Positions 14,001-24,596 of a DNA stretch of 64,000 nt are shown here, one piece after another (positions within the stretch are counted from its first letter, which is position 1; the number at the start of each line of letters is the position of its first letter). The translations under genes were made by a program, and so were the position numbers. The notes beneath the pieces were generated by a model, which worked only from the letters and a program-made list of their open reading frames with translations, searched no databases and was not told the origin of the DNA. The DNA is from Squalus acanthias (lineage: Eukaryota). The stretch is from contig CM059432.1 of assembly GCA_030390025.1 (NCBI GenBank), forward strand, positions 23,252,001 to 23,316,000, written 5' to 3'.

Positions 14001-17000
14001 TCTTCCCAAGTTTCTGACCTCCCCCCTGCCCCACAAAGTTTCTGACCTTCCCCTTCCCCCAAGTTCCTGACGTTCTCCCCCCTCCCCACCCAAGTTCCTG
14101 ACCTTCCCCCGCTCCGGGTTCCTGACCTTCTCGCCCCAACCAGTTCTTGACCTTCCCCCCATAGATGGGGCATTGTGTGTGGGTCACAGATTGTTAACAA
14201 GTTTATTGGGTATGAAGTGAATAGTAACAGTGTCATGACTTCCGGATTCCGTCCAGTCCAATGATATCACTGTCCACACACACACCGAGCTTTCCTTGAA
14301 ATCAACCAGATCTAGAGGGAGGAGAGGGAGAATGTGGTGCGCATGTAAAGGGGATGGGGTTGGAAGAACGTGATCCATCTTACCATCTGGATCACGTTCT
14401 CGCTCTCATTTCCCCCCTCCTTTAGACCATGATTACGTTCTTCCCCATCCCCACTGTGCTCTCCGTGCTTTTTACCCCTCTCCCCGAGTTCCTGACCTTC
14501 TCTCTCCCTGAGTGCCTGACCTCCTCTCCCCTCCCCTCTTCTCTTTCTCTCCCCCTTACTCTCTCCCCTCTCTCTCCCTCCTCTCTCCATCCCCTCTCTC
14601 TCTCTCTCCCCCTCTCTCTCTCCATCCCCTTTCTCTCTCTCTCTCTCTCTCCTCTTTCTCCCACCTCTCCCTCTCTCTCCTCCCCCTCCTCTCACTCTCT
14701 CCCCACCCCGATCCCCTCCTCTCTCTCCTCCCTCCTCTCTCTCTCCCCCTCCAATCACCCCTCTCTCCCCTCCGAGCCTCTCTCTCTTCCCCCGATCCTC
14801 TCACTCTTCCCCCTCCGATCCCCTCTCTCACACCCCTCAGATTCCCTCTCACTCTCTCCACCTCCGATTCCCTCTCTCTCCCTCCACTGATCCTCTCTCT
14901 CCCCCTTGATCCCCTCTCTCTCACCCCTCTGATCCTCTCTCTCCCCCGATCCCCTCTCCCTCACACCTCCAATCCCCTCTCTCTCCCTCCTCCAATCCTC
15001 TCTCTCCCCCGATCTCTCTTCCCCCCCGATCCCCTCTCACCCCTCAGATTCCCTCGCTCTCCACCCATCCCCTCTCCCCCCCGATCCCCTCTCTCCCCCC
15101 GATCCTCTCTCTCCCCCCTTGATCCCCTCTTTCTCTCCCCTCTGATCCTGTCTCTCCCCCGAATCCCCTCTCCCTCACTCCTCCAATTCCCTCTCTCCCC
15201 TCCGATCCTCTCTCTCTCCCCCGATCATCTCTCTCTTCCCCCCCATCCCCTCTCTCCCCCTCAGATTCCCTCTCTCTCTCCCCCACCGATTCTCTCTCTC
15301 TCCCCCCCATCCTCTCTCTCTTACCCCCCCGATCCCCTCTCTCTCACCCCTCAGATTCCCTCTCTCTCCCCCCCCCCCCCAATCCCCTCTCTCTCACCCC
15401 TCAGATTCCCTCTCTCTCTCTCCCCCTCCGATCCCCTCTATCTCTCCACTTTTGATCCTCTCTGTTCCCCTCCCGGCCACCAACGGATCCAGTGACTTTC
15501 TCCGCACGGAGCCGAGAAAATCGTGACCCATTACGGGCCTCAATGGTTGGGTACTGCGAATGAGCAGGGTTGGTAAACAGCACGCATGGCGCGGGAGGGG
15601 ATCGAGTGCGCATGCGCTAGGCTGGGATACCATGCACATGCGCAGAAGGCTGTAAAAATGTTCGTGCAAATAATCACACTGAATAAAATTCATCTGTTCA
15701 TGGTCGTTATTTAACTTACTCTGAACTGAGCCACAGACTCTTTTATGTTGAAGATGCAATAGTTTAAGACTGGCTTTGCTCTTTTGTGCAGGGATCTCCA
15801 GGCAAATCAGGCGATCGGGGGTCCAAAGGAGAAAGGGTAAGTGAAGCAATGATGAAGCCAAATAGAATATTACTACGGCTTTCTAAACACTTAGTTAACC
15901 AAATAAGCTGATGATGCACATCAGGGACCCATCAGATGAGATACTGATCCAATGTAAAAAGGTATAACTGAATGTGCAATGTTGTGAATTTCATTGTAAA
16001 TCCAAAGCCAATGCCGCTTAGGGAAAATATCAGGCCCCAGGTGAGGTTAGTTGAAATCATCACAGACCTGGTATCAAGCCTAGAACTTGCTCGGTCTGTG
16101 TGGCTCAGTACTGCACTGGTTAATGCATTTATTCACTGAGCCATCAAGACAACATACAATTCAGTTTTAAAGGGAACAGCTCGTTGGTGTTGTGACATGG
16201 GGTAGATTTTTATAATTACCAACTGGGGGTTAAGCATTGCCTGGACTGACTATGGAAGGGGAAATCTGGCCAGAAGGATTGCATGCTACTAACAGAATCC
16301 ATCAATTTTTCTTCCATTGAAATGAATAAAAGGAAGATCCAGCATGTGATCCTCCACAGCCAGACTTTTCTGTGCTCCACCGAGGCAATGCTTAACACCC
16401 AGGCAGTAACAGCTAAAATCTATCTCCGTGGAGTTCCTGGTTCATGCCGAGGTTTCCTCCCATGGTTAACTTCTCATCCTAGCCAACATGAGGGGCCGTT
16501 TGGCCTACTCCTGCTCTTATTTCTTATTCCTCCCCCAACCAACACCAGAAGAAACAGATTAATTAGTCGTTTGTCTTATTTGCTGTTTGAGGGATCCTGC
16601 TGTGCACAAATTGCCTGTCCCGTTTGCATACTTAACAACAGTAACGATACTTCAAAAATAATTTCTTTGTTGTGAAGTGCTCTGGGACATCCTTAGAACA
16701 TGGTAAGATGCTTTATAAATGCAAATGTGTTCCTCCTTTCCTTAACTCACCTGGAGAATAACTGTGATACAGAATTATGCAGAGTCTGGAGAAGGGAAAT
16801 AAATAACACGGTTGAGAACTATTTTTAACAAAGACAGTGAGCCCAATTTTTTAATGAGATTTAGGGGAAAAAATTCGGTTGGTTTGGGCCTCCCATTAGT
16901 GCCTCCGGGGGCGCTAACGGGGCGCCAACGACTTACCACCTGTGTGTGGCGATTTTAACCGCATGGCCTCAGTATCCGATGAGGCTCCGGCTTGGTATTC

Positions 17001-20000
17001 CTGATCCTTTCCTGCGTCGCTGCTTCTTTGAGGCTGAGGGACAGGCTGTTCAGATGGTGGCTCACTATCTGAAAGCAGGAAGGCACAAGAGTGGGTTTAA
17101 CATGAGGGAGGGGGGCAGGAAGGGAGCAAGGAATGGAGACTTATATGGAAAGTGGGAAGGGCTCATGTTGTGAGGGGGAAGTGGTATGAGAGAGGAGGGA
17201 GAGATGATGAACATAGCATTGCTGTCGACCTCTCCGACTACCACAGCGCCCATGACATGGCTCGCGATTAGTCTGTGAACTCGCTCCTCTAGCTGTGTGA
17301 GGGGGGTGCAGCTCCGCCTGACCTCCTCCCGTACGTTGTTGCTCCCTCCTGTTATGAGCAAGCTTGGCCTGCAAGAAAAAGGACAGCTTGTGAGTGAATG
17401 TGCAGCCATGTGTTTGGCAGATGTGCCTACCATAGTTGAATAGCCGTTAAGGTCTGCAAGGTGTGAGATGTGGATGTGACTTTTAGTAGATGGGCATAGT
17501 TGTTGAGTGAGTGTTGGGGATTTGGTAGTTTATACCATCTGTGCACAGAGTGAGGTTGAGATGGTGGTAGAGGTTTTTCAAGCATCTACTCACCCTGACC
17601 ACCCGAGTGAGGTCATTGAACTTCTTGCGGCACTGTGTGTGAGTCCTTTGGACCAGGCTCCTGGACGAAACATAATGGGTCACCTCCCTCCACATCCTTG
17701 TGAACTCCCGGGGCAATGGCCTCCTGCCAGTGTCTGGGAACAGCACTACCCATCGGCGTTCCACAGCCACAACCAGAGCCTCCAGTGCCTGGTCGCTAAA
17801 CCGGCGAGCTCTCTCCCTGGGCCTCTGAGCAGCCATGATATTCGTGGTTCAAGATTTGCACCTCCTTGCAGGCCCAGGTCAAAAGCAGCAATGATCAAGG
17901 TGTGGCTGTGCAGCATGATTGACCCTCCCCTTTAAGAACTGGAAGGCGCCAGTCTGTCTGAGGACTGGGTAATTGACAGCGCATGAGCTTGAGTAGCGCT
18001 CTGAGGTAACGCCCCGTTCCCCGACGTTAGCGCCCTCAGGGAGGTGTGTAGCGCTTGATTTAGCGCTCCAATCACCTCCAGGGGTGCTGGAGACGAATTT
18101 CACGGTCGCCGGCGCTAATTTGCGCCGGGCGCTAAAGTTTGCGGCCAGCTGATGTTAGGCGCCCCAAAATGGTTGATACCGAATTTTTCCCCCTTAAGTC
18201 TTGTTAAATATCCTGCTTTTTTTTTCATTTATTTCCAAGTTTCATTTTGTTTTTCTTTCCTTTGGGCAGGGTGACCCAGGAATCAAAGGTGAAAAAGGAA
18301 CCCTGGGAGACAAAGGACGGCCTGGTGATCCGGGGCTTCCAGGTATAAAAGGACACACTGGGATAATGGGTCCAGTGGGGCCTCCAGGAGAAAGAGGCTC
18401 AGTTGGGACACCAGGCCAATCTGGTCCTCCTGGCACACCTGGAGAAAGAGTAAGTAACTGAATACTGATAGCAACCCAGGTTACCAATGTTCAAAGTTAT
18501 GAGTGTCAACCGAATACAGCTTGGGGAAAAAAATCCTTCAGACTTGGAATTCCTTCAGAGAACGGAGCTTCAAAATTTGAATCCAAACTCGAAGTTAGAA
18601 TCACTCGTACTTGATTTTGATTCTTTCTTATGTCCTATTTTAGACTTGTTAATTTTATAAAATCAGGAATAATTTTGTGAAATCGGACTCCCAGCAGGGA
18701 GCCTCGCCCACCAAGCGGACAAAGCGGGAATTTGGACACGCACTTCCCATCTATTTTCTGTCCATTTAAAATTCCTTGCCTAAGCTCCTGAAATATACTG
18801 TCAGGAGGCAAGGTTCCCTATCAGGAGTGCAGTTTTGTAAAATAGCCCCTCATACAGGGTTAGCATTGACTCACACACACAACTTGTGTTACTTTCCCTA
18901 GGGTGAGCCACCATCATTTGAGCAACTGAGAAGACTTATAAGGGAAGAGCTGTCGAAGCAGCTCGATGGTAGGTTGCACTTCATATTTCTATATTTGCTG
19001 CACTACACTTACGTAAGAACACGTTCCTGGGGCCAAAGTTTCAATCTAGCCTAGAGCAGTGAGGTGACATTCTCTTCCCTCTGATTACTGTAAATGTTTG
19101 GGCAATTTCGACCTAATTCCTAATGGGAAGAAAACAACCCCGTAATTCAACACAAATTGGAAATCTGGCTTCGAGTAGAAAGGTAGCTGCTGTAAGAAAA
19201 ACATTTGTGCAATCGGTGTGCTTTCCTGAGGTTCGGATTGAAACATATGATTGGCAGAGCAGAGGTAGCTTCACTCTGTGGGGCAAAAAAAAACCCCCAC
19301 AAATACTGCAGATACTGTAAATGCGAAACAAAATCTGAAAATGTTGGAAGCACTCAGCACTCAAACAGCATCCGTGCAGAGAACAAATGTCTCATGCTTG
19401 CACCCTCCGTCAGAATGAACGGCACAAGCCTGATTCACTACCTTGCTTGTTTTCTCCACGGATGCTGTCTAACCTGCTGAGTGTTTCCAATATTTCCTAG
19501 CTTTGCTGTGTATTGTGCCATTCCTGACTTGGAAGTGCTTGATGCTGCTAGTTGGGTGGTAACGTTTGAGCACACGATGGCTTAAAAATATCAATAAAAG
19601 AAAAAATAGGTGTTAAATTTGATGAAGTTATTAAGGCACAAAACACAAGAAACTATTTGAAGATTATATGTATTCTGTTGCGAAGCCCACCTTCCCTCAA
19701 TATTACATATAGTTCAGAAAAATCACTCCAGTTAATCCCCCAAGAGAAGAGGGAGAAGCAAAATGATGGAAAATAAGTAAAAACAGATAGTGACAGTGAC
19801 AGTGATAGGGTCTGATATAAAACCCTTGTTTTTTGCTGTAACCTTGGTTCTTTGACATTACTAGCAATATAAGCTTTGTGGAAGAGCTGGTCCAGTCTAC
19901 CGTCATGCCAAGACCCTGGATGTGTCAATACACCTCCTGCAGGCACTGATGGATCAAACAACACAAGCTTCACAAAATATATATGTGAATGTACTTTATT

Positions 20001-23000
20001 GGCAATTCAGTAAATTAAAGGATTTGTTAAATTCACTTCCAGCACGGCTGTCCTATCTCATGACTCAGTTTCAACCAACATCCATTAAAGCGGCACCTGG
20101 GAAGCCAGGGCCTCCTGGTCCACCAGGGAATGATGGCTTTCCTGGGAGGTCTGGCGTCCCAGGAGAACCTGGGCAGCCTGGAGAACCTGGCTCTGAAGGA
20201 GCCAGAGGACCATTGGGTCCAAAAGGTATGAATTGTTTATTTTTTTTAAACTGTGTTCTTAAGTGTATAAAAATCACTCGGTGGTTCCTATTTTGAGGTA
20301 AAAGTTCTGTTTTATTTATTGACTTTGTACATTTTTTAATCTGTCAGATGATAAGGTCAATGACCCTTCAAATGGACAACCTAGTAATCCTAACACATTA
20401 ATAACACATATCTGATAACCACTCCTCATTGTCACTTTTTCTTTGGTCAACAGAGGGGAGATGAGGAAAGTTGTTTTTATGCAACGACTTGTTATGATCT
20501 CGAATGCACTGCCTGAAAGGGTGGAGAAGCAGATTCAATCGTAACTTTCAAAAGGGAATTGGATATATACTTGAAAAGGAAACATTTGCAGGGATATGGA
20601 GAAAGAGCAGGGCTGTGGGATTAATTGGATAGCTCTTTCAAAGAGCAGACACAGGCACAGTGGGCTGAATGCTCTGGTTCTGTGCTGTATGATTCCATGA
20701 ACTTCAGCACCATAAGTCCATCAGTTACTCATGCTCCTCAACATAGATGGAAATCACTTATTGAAGCTTTATTCGGATTGCATACTGTTCAAGTCCAAAA
20801 AGCAACTATTCTTAGCTGTACACCCAAACCACCTAATAATATTTATCATCTACACAAAGGAACATGGGTAAGAACTACAGCCATTTTAAATTTGCTTCTG
20901 TGAAACAAGTCCATTTGCCCAATCCCTCCTTCATAAAGTAATTAAAAATTTGCGTGATTTTTTAAAACTTTTGTGCATATATTATTTTTTCAAATAACAA
21001 GATGGCGCAGTGGTTGCACCATAAAGTTGTGCCTTAGAGTTATAAGATGTAAGTTGCCATTTTCAATATATCAACCATACCTTCAAATGACTCTGGCAGA
21101 TTGATGTTTAATCGGAACTAACAGTAAAACCTGAATGTGCGTGTAGTGATTAATAGTAACTTCCATGTTTATTATTGAAACTTTTTTTTTCATTACTTAA
21201 TATTTGGTGGATGAAAGATTGCAAAGTTATTAAAGATTAGAAAGACATGAGCTAAGGCTTCATGTCAGGGTCACCACCTGTCACTCACAGAGACATCCTC
21301 GTTGTCATCAGTTTAAAGTGTCAATTATGCCTCCTCAACAGAGATAACATCAGAAACAAATGGGTAAAAAAGTTACAAAGCAAGATACTGCAGATGCTGG
21401 AAATCTGAAATAAAACAGAAAATGCAGGAAGTACTCAGCATCTGTGGAGAGAGAAACAGAGTTAACGTTTCAGGTCGATGACCTTTTTAGGTTAAGAAGT
21501 TAACCGAACAGCGTTGATGATGTCCTTTTAATTCCTGGGATCATCCTTATTGTACCAATAAGCACAGATCTAGTCTTACCTCATAATATCATAGTGCCAA
21601 GTCTTTCTCGGCTTCATGGCTGATGGTGAATTGAAGGAACTTCTAGCACCTGCTGGATTCCTGACAGCAGAAAGTAATCTCTATCTCCTATCTTCCAGCC
21701 ACATTGCTCCACAAAATTGCCCTAACAATCCTTATTACTACCCCACAGTGTACAAAAGATCAATGGGTTTGTGCGTGCTCCCCCCCACACACACATGCAC
21801 ACACAGGAAGGGTCACTGTACAATGTTTGAGTGTGGGATATTTTTCTCCCTGACTCTGGAGCATTGAGACCAATTGTAGTATTTTTCGATAATGAGCCTT
21901 TGTATTAACCATGACACCAAAGAGCTGATTTAAATATAAGTGCACACCATTCTTGTATTGCTCCGACATTAAGAGATTCATGTCAGTCTAGGTACAGGTC
22001 ATTCATTATGCTTATCCTAATCTGGATTTAGCTTCACAAAAGCACACTTGCCATTTTCTCTGTCAGTTCCTGGCATGTTATAAGTAGTTCCCGTTTGTGT
22101 GCAGGTGAAAGAGGTGCAAAGGGTGAACGAGGAGAGACGGGCATTGGACAGAGGGGTGATTCTGGCTTACCAGGTCCTCTAGGTAAGATCTTCTGTTTTA
22201 TTCCATATCTTTAACATTGCTGAAAATTAAAGCATACGTTTTGAAACCTTGATTGAAGATGTAAAGAATGATATCAGGAGTAGAATTAAAGTAATAATTT
22301 CTTTGTTCTGCTTGTTTAGTCATTGTGTGTTGCAGAACATTCATTGGCCAAGAACAGGAGTCCTGCTCCTAAGCATTTACCAATGGTGTTCTGTAGTCAG
22401 TCTACTGGTGGATGTAAAGGAGCATCCCAAGATTAACTTTCTCACTCATTATTTTTCGTCTGCTGGCTCCAAGTCTTCATTGGTGCTTACACCAGTGCCA
22501 GAACTGAGATCAGTAGGGAATTGTGCAATACTACTTACATAGGATTACATAGGATATACGGCACAGAAATAGGCCATTCGGCCCAACCAGTCCATGCTCC
22601 ACACGAGCCTCCTCCCGTCTTTCCTCATCTAAATCTATCAGCATAACCCCCTATTCCCTTTTCCCTTCGACAGGCATGATCCCCTAACTGATCATGCCCA
22701 CACTGTCAGCCATCTTGCCATACAAGGAGGAAGCTTATGTGGTGGATTGGCAGTATACTTCCCTCCATCGCAGCATTCAAGGGAAGGGGAGATCAGAAAT
22801 CAAAGCCAGCAATAACAACTCTTACTGCTACCACCAGATGGATTTACATGGCACCCTACTGGCCATAAAACTGCTCCTGGCCACTGGTAAAGAGGAAATC
22901 TGGCCAAGTCTTGGGGAATTTTAGAGGGAGATCGAAATAGTATTAAACCTGGAGAGTTTGGCTACTGCACTGGAGATTTGTCGATACTGTTAATAATGAA

Positions 23001-24596
23001 GCAATGAGTAAAAAAGATCTGATTTCCCCAAATAATTGAAAGTCAATGGGATTGATGTTTGATGTCAAGGTTAGGCTGTGTAAAAGTAGCCTAGGAGTCC
23101 CATGCCTGTTTATCTGAGGTTTCCACAACTCTTCCGCTGATGTTACAGTGGACAAACAGGTGAACCCCAATGGAAATTCACCCCTGGGGAATCAACCTTG
23201 TGACTTCTCTACAATGCTTCCAGTGCTTAAATATCTCCTTTACTCCTCAGTGATCAGAACTGGACACAGTATTTACTATGTGGTCTGACAAGAGCTCTCT
23301 ATAGATTGAACACTAATTCCTCTGACTTATATTCTATTGTTTTGGCTACGTAGTTATTCATTCTATTGGATTTGTTGATTGCTGCGCTGCATTGGTTGGG
23401 CATGTTGAGTCTGCTAAGATTCCTAGGTCTCTTTCAACTTCTTACTTATTTCACCACCATTTAAGAACTACATGTCGCATCCATTTTCGTTCCTGTATTC
23501 AAAACTTTACACTTGTCAGCATTAAATTTCATGTGCCATTGTTTTGCTCAGATGCATATTTTGTTACGTCATTCTGTACTTTCCTGATGTGCCTCCCTCT
23601 AATTTGGTAACATCTGTAAATGTAACTAATTTGCATTGAGTTTCTAAACTGAAGTCATTGGCGTAAATTAGGAAATAGGAGTGGTCTCAAGATTGAGCCC
23701 TGTGGCACTCCACTCAGAACCTCCCCAACCCTGATAAAACTCATCTAACAAGTACCCAACATTTTCTGCATTTCAATCACAGAGGTACTTTAAAAGAGAT
23801 CTGGGGGATAACAGTCGTTTCACCATTTTCAATGTCAAGAAAATGTGGGAAAGCCAAGTTAAAAAGCAAATAGAATATTGAGATCAATATAACTTGCTGC
23901 GTAAGTCTATTCAGGTTATTCTATGTTTTTATAATGCTTGGATCACACTTGGAGTACTATGTCCAATTTTGGTCACCATACTTCAAAAGAGACATACATG
24001 TACTGGACAAGGTGCAAAACTAGCAGCAAGAATTATATCAAATTGATGGAGATGAGCTACCGAGAAAGATTAGAGAGGCTTAAAGGTTAACAGGGACCTC
24101 ATGTAAGGTAAATGGTATAGATAAGATAATGCAGAATATTACTTGAAGATAATGAAAGCCAGTAAGAAAAGAGGACATCAATTAAACTTAGTGAAAAAAA
24201 AGGTTAAAAAGTAATCAAAAAGTGAGAAACCTTTATCATAATGTATCTGATAATGTGGTAGAGTCAAAGACAGCGGATGTCCAAATGAACTTTTGTGAAG
24301 TCCAAATGAAAAGACTGAGTGGCTTGGAGTACAAGCTTAATGGGCCAAATGGCCTTTTCTCATCGTAGACTTGTGCTTATATTCTTATAAATCGTATTTT
24401 ATATCTAGGTGCCCCTGGAACACCTGGCTATGGAAAAGATGGAATTCCTGGTACTCCGGGACCACAAGGAGAGTCCGGCAATCCTGGTGCCGCTGGTCCT
24501 CAGGGACCCCCCGGTCCGAATGGAATCTGTGACCTGGCGCAGTGCGCTTACTATGCAAGTCTGGCCAGCCGGCCGTCCAACCAAAAAGGACCTTGA
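1971..24596 (+). CDS. COL22A1: Collagen alpha-1(XXII)-type FACIT collagen, 3' part (10 coding exons; the gene starts upstream of the window)
   Basis: GT-AG exons 1971-2024, 3797-3850, 7282-7353, 11385-11420, 15792-15836, 18270-18449, 18902-18968, 20043-20225, 22105-22182 and 24409-24596 splice in frame. NC2 [31 protein letters not shown] and C-terminus [24 protein letters not shown] match recalled human COL22A1 (GESPSMETLRRLIQEELGKQLETRLAYLLAQ; GQCDPSQCAYFASLAARPGNVKGP). Confidence 0.85.
2700..3281 (-). mobile_element. 3' fragment of a CR1-group non-LTR retrotransposon
   Basis: Decayed ORF2 C-terminus ([15 protein letters not shown]...[16 protein letters not shown]...SKSWNSLP); related tails near 500-930 and 56330-56430. 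Confidence 0.75.
3797..3850 (+). CDS. COL22A1: COL22A1 exon, 54 bp ([18 protein letters not shown])
   Basis: ttacag|GGT...CCG|gtaagt. Confidence 0.9.
5110..5290 (+). mobile_element. Deu-domain SINE fragment
   Basis: gtggatgtaaaagatcatatggcactacttgaagagcagg...cctggccaacatt resembles the recalled DeuSINE/AmnSINE1 core; reverse-strand relative near 32150-32470. Confidence 0.55.
5316..6034. mobile_element. Non-autonomous Harbinger/PIF-type DNA transposon (MITE, 719 bp)
   Basis: TIR GGGGGAGAAAT / ATTTCTCCCCC; 3-bp TSD TCT/TCT; CpG-rich; same family as 43112-43801 in the opposite orientation. Confidence 0.8.
7282..7353 (+). CDS. COL22A1: COL22A1 exon, 72 bp ([24 protein letters not shown])
   Basis: ttttag|GGA...CGG|gtgagt. 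Confidence 0.9.
7786..10687 (-). mobile_element. Harbinger-type element with a spliced Myb/SANT-like gene remnant and nested insertions
   Basis: Imperfect TIR AGCCGGAGTTTTCC / GGAACATTCCGGCC; TSD TAT/TAT. Myb/SANT exon at about 10166-10400 ([16 protein letters not shown]...W..IA..VN.....[13 protein letters not shown]) ends at a GT donor; coiled-coil-like exon at about 8870-9835. Nested MITE piece (~8015-8330) and CR1 tail (~8475-8830). Confidence 0.75.
11385..11420 (+). CDS. COL22A1: COL22A1 exon, 36 bp ([12 protein letters not shown])
   Basis: gaacag|GGC...ACA|gtaagt. Confidence 0.88.
11607..13683 (+). mobile_element. CR1 LINE, 5'-truncated, with an open RT-domain frame (12107-13594)
   Basis: [27 protein letters not shown] and KFADD motifs; (TTCTATGA)n tail; candidate TSD TAAGTA at 11601-11606 and 13684-13689. 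Confidence 0.93.
13760..14160. repeat. Minisatellite with a ~21-22 bp unit (consensus roughly ccaagtttctgaccttcyccccyg)
   Basis: Many visible tandem copies of caagtttctgacctt. Confidence 0.85.
14520..15470. repeat. C/T-rich low-complexity tandem repeat (gatcccctctctctcccc-like)
   Basis: Nearly pure pyrimidine + strand punctuated by GAT; source of the spurious ORFs at 14312-15495. Confidence 0.9.
15792..15836 (+). CDS. COL22A1: COL22A1 exon, 45 bp ([15 protein letters not shown])
   Basis: gtgcag|GGA...AGG|gtaagt. Confidence 0.9.
16864..18193 (-). mobile_element. Harbinger element (1330 bp) carrying a Myb/SANT-like gene, no transposase
   Basis: TIR GGGGAAAAAATTCGG / CCGAATTTTTCCCCC (14/15 match); TSD TTA/TTA. 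ATG at 17836: [22 protein letters not shown]...[13 protein letters not shown], then a GT donor; next exon [16 protein letters not shown] from about 17368. Confidence 0.88.
18270..18449 (+). CDS. COL22A1: COL22A1 exon, 180 bp ([10 protein letters not shown]...GTPGER)
   Basis: gggcag|GGT...AGA|gtaagt; 20 Gly-X-Y triplets including the GxKGHTGxMGP stretch recalled from COL22A1. Confidence 0.92.
18902..18968 (+). CDS. COL22A1: COL22A1 NC2 exon, 67 bp ([22 protein letters not shown])
   Basis: ccctag|GGT...GATG|gtaggt; amphipathic NC2 helix; ends in phase 1; too short for the ORF track. Confidence 0.88.
20043..20225 (+). CDS. COL22A1: COL22A1 exon, 183 bp ([23 protein letters not shown]...GPLGPK)
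   Basis: ttccag|CA...AAAG|gtatga; phase 1/1. Confidence 0.92.
22105..22182 (+). CDS. COL22A1: COL22A1 exon, 78 bp ([26 protein letters not shown])
   Basis: gtgcag|GT...CTAG|gtaaga; contains the FACIT COL1 Gly-X-Gly imperfection. Confidence 0.9.
   Translation: MKEVQRVNEERRALDRGVILAYQVL
24409..24596 (+). CDS. COL22A1: COL22A1 terminal coding exon (...[27 protein letters not shown])
   Basis: atctag|GT GCC...; FACIT Cys-X4-Cys motif; TGA at 24594-24596. Confidence 0.92.

Noticed and set aside
13673..14236. Repeat array superficially like a CRISPR array or a repetitive protein
   Set aside because: Tandem minisatellite without unique spacers; eukaryotic context with no cas genes.
14312..15495. 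Long Pro/Leu/Ser-rich and Arg/Glu/Gly-rich ORFs
   Set aside because: Translations of the C/T low-complexity repeat.
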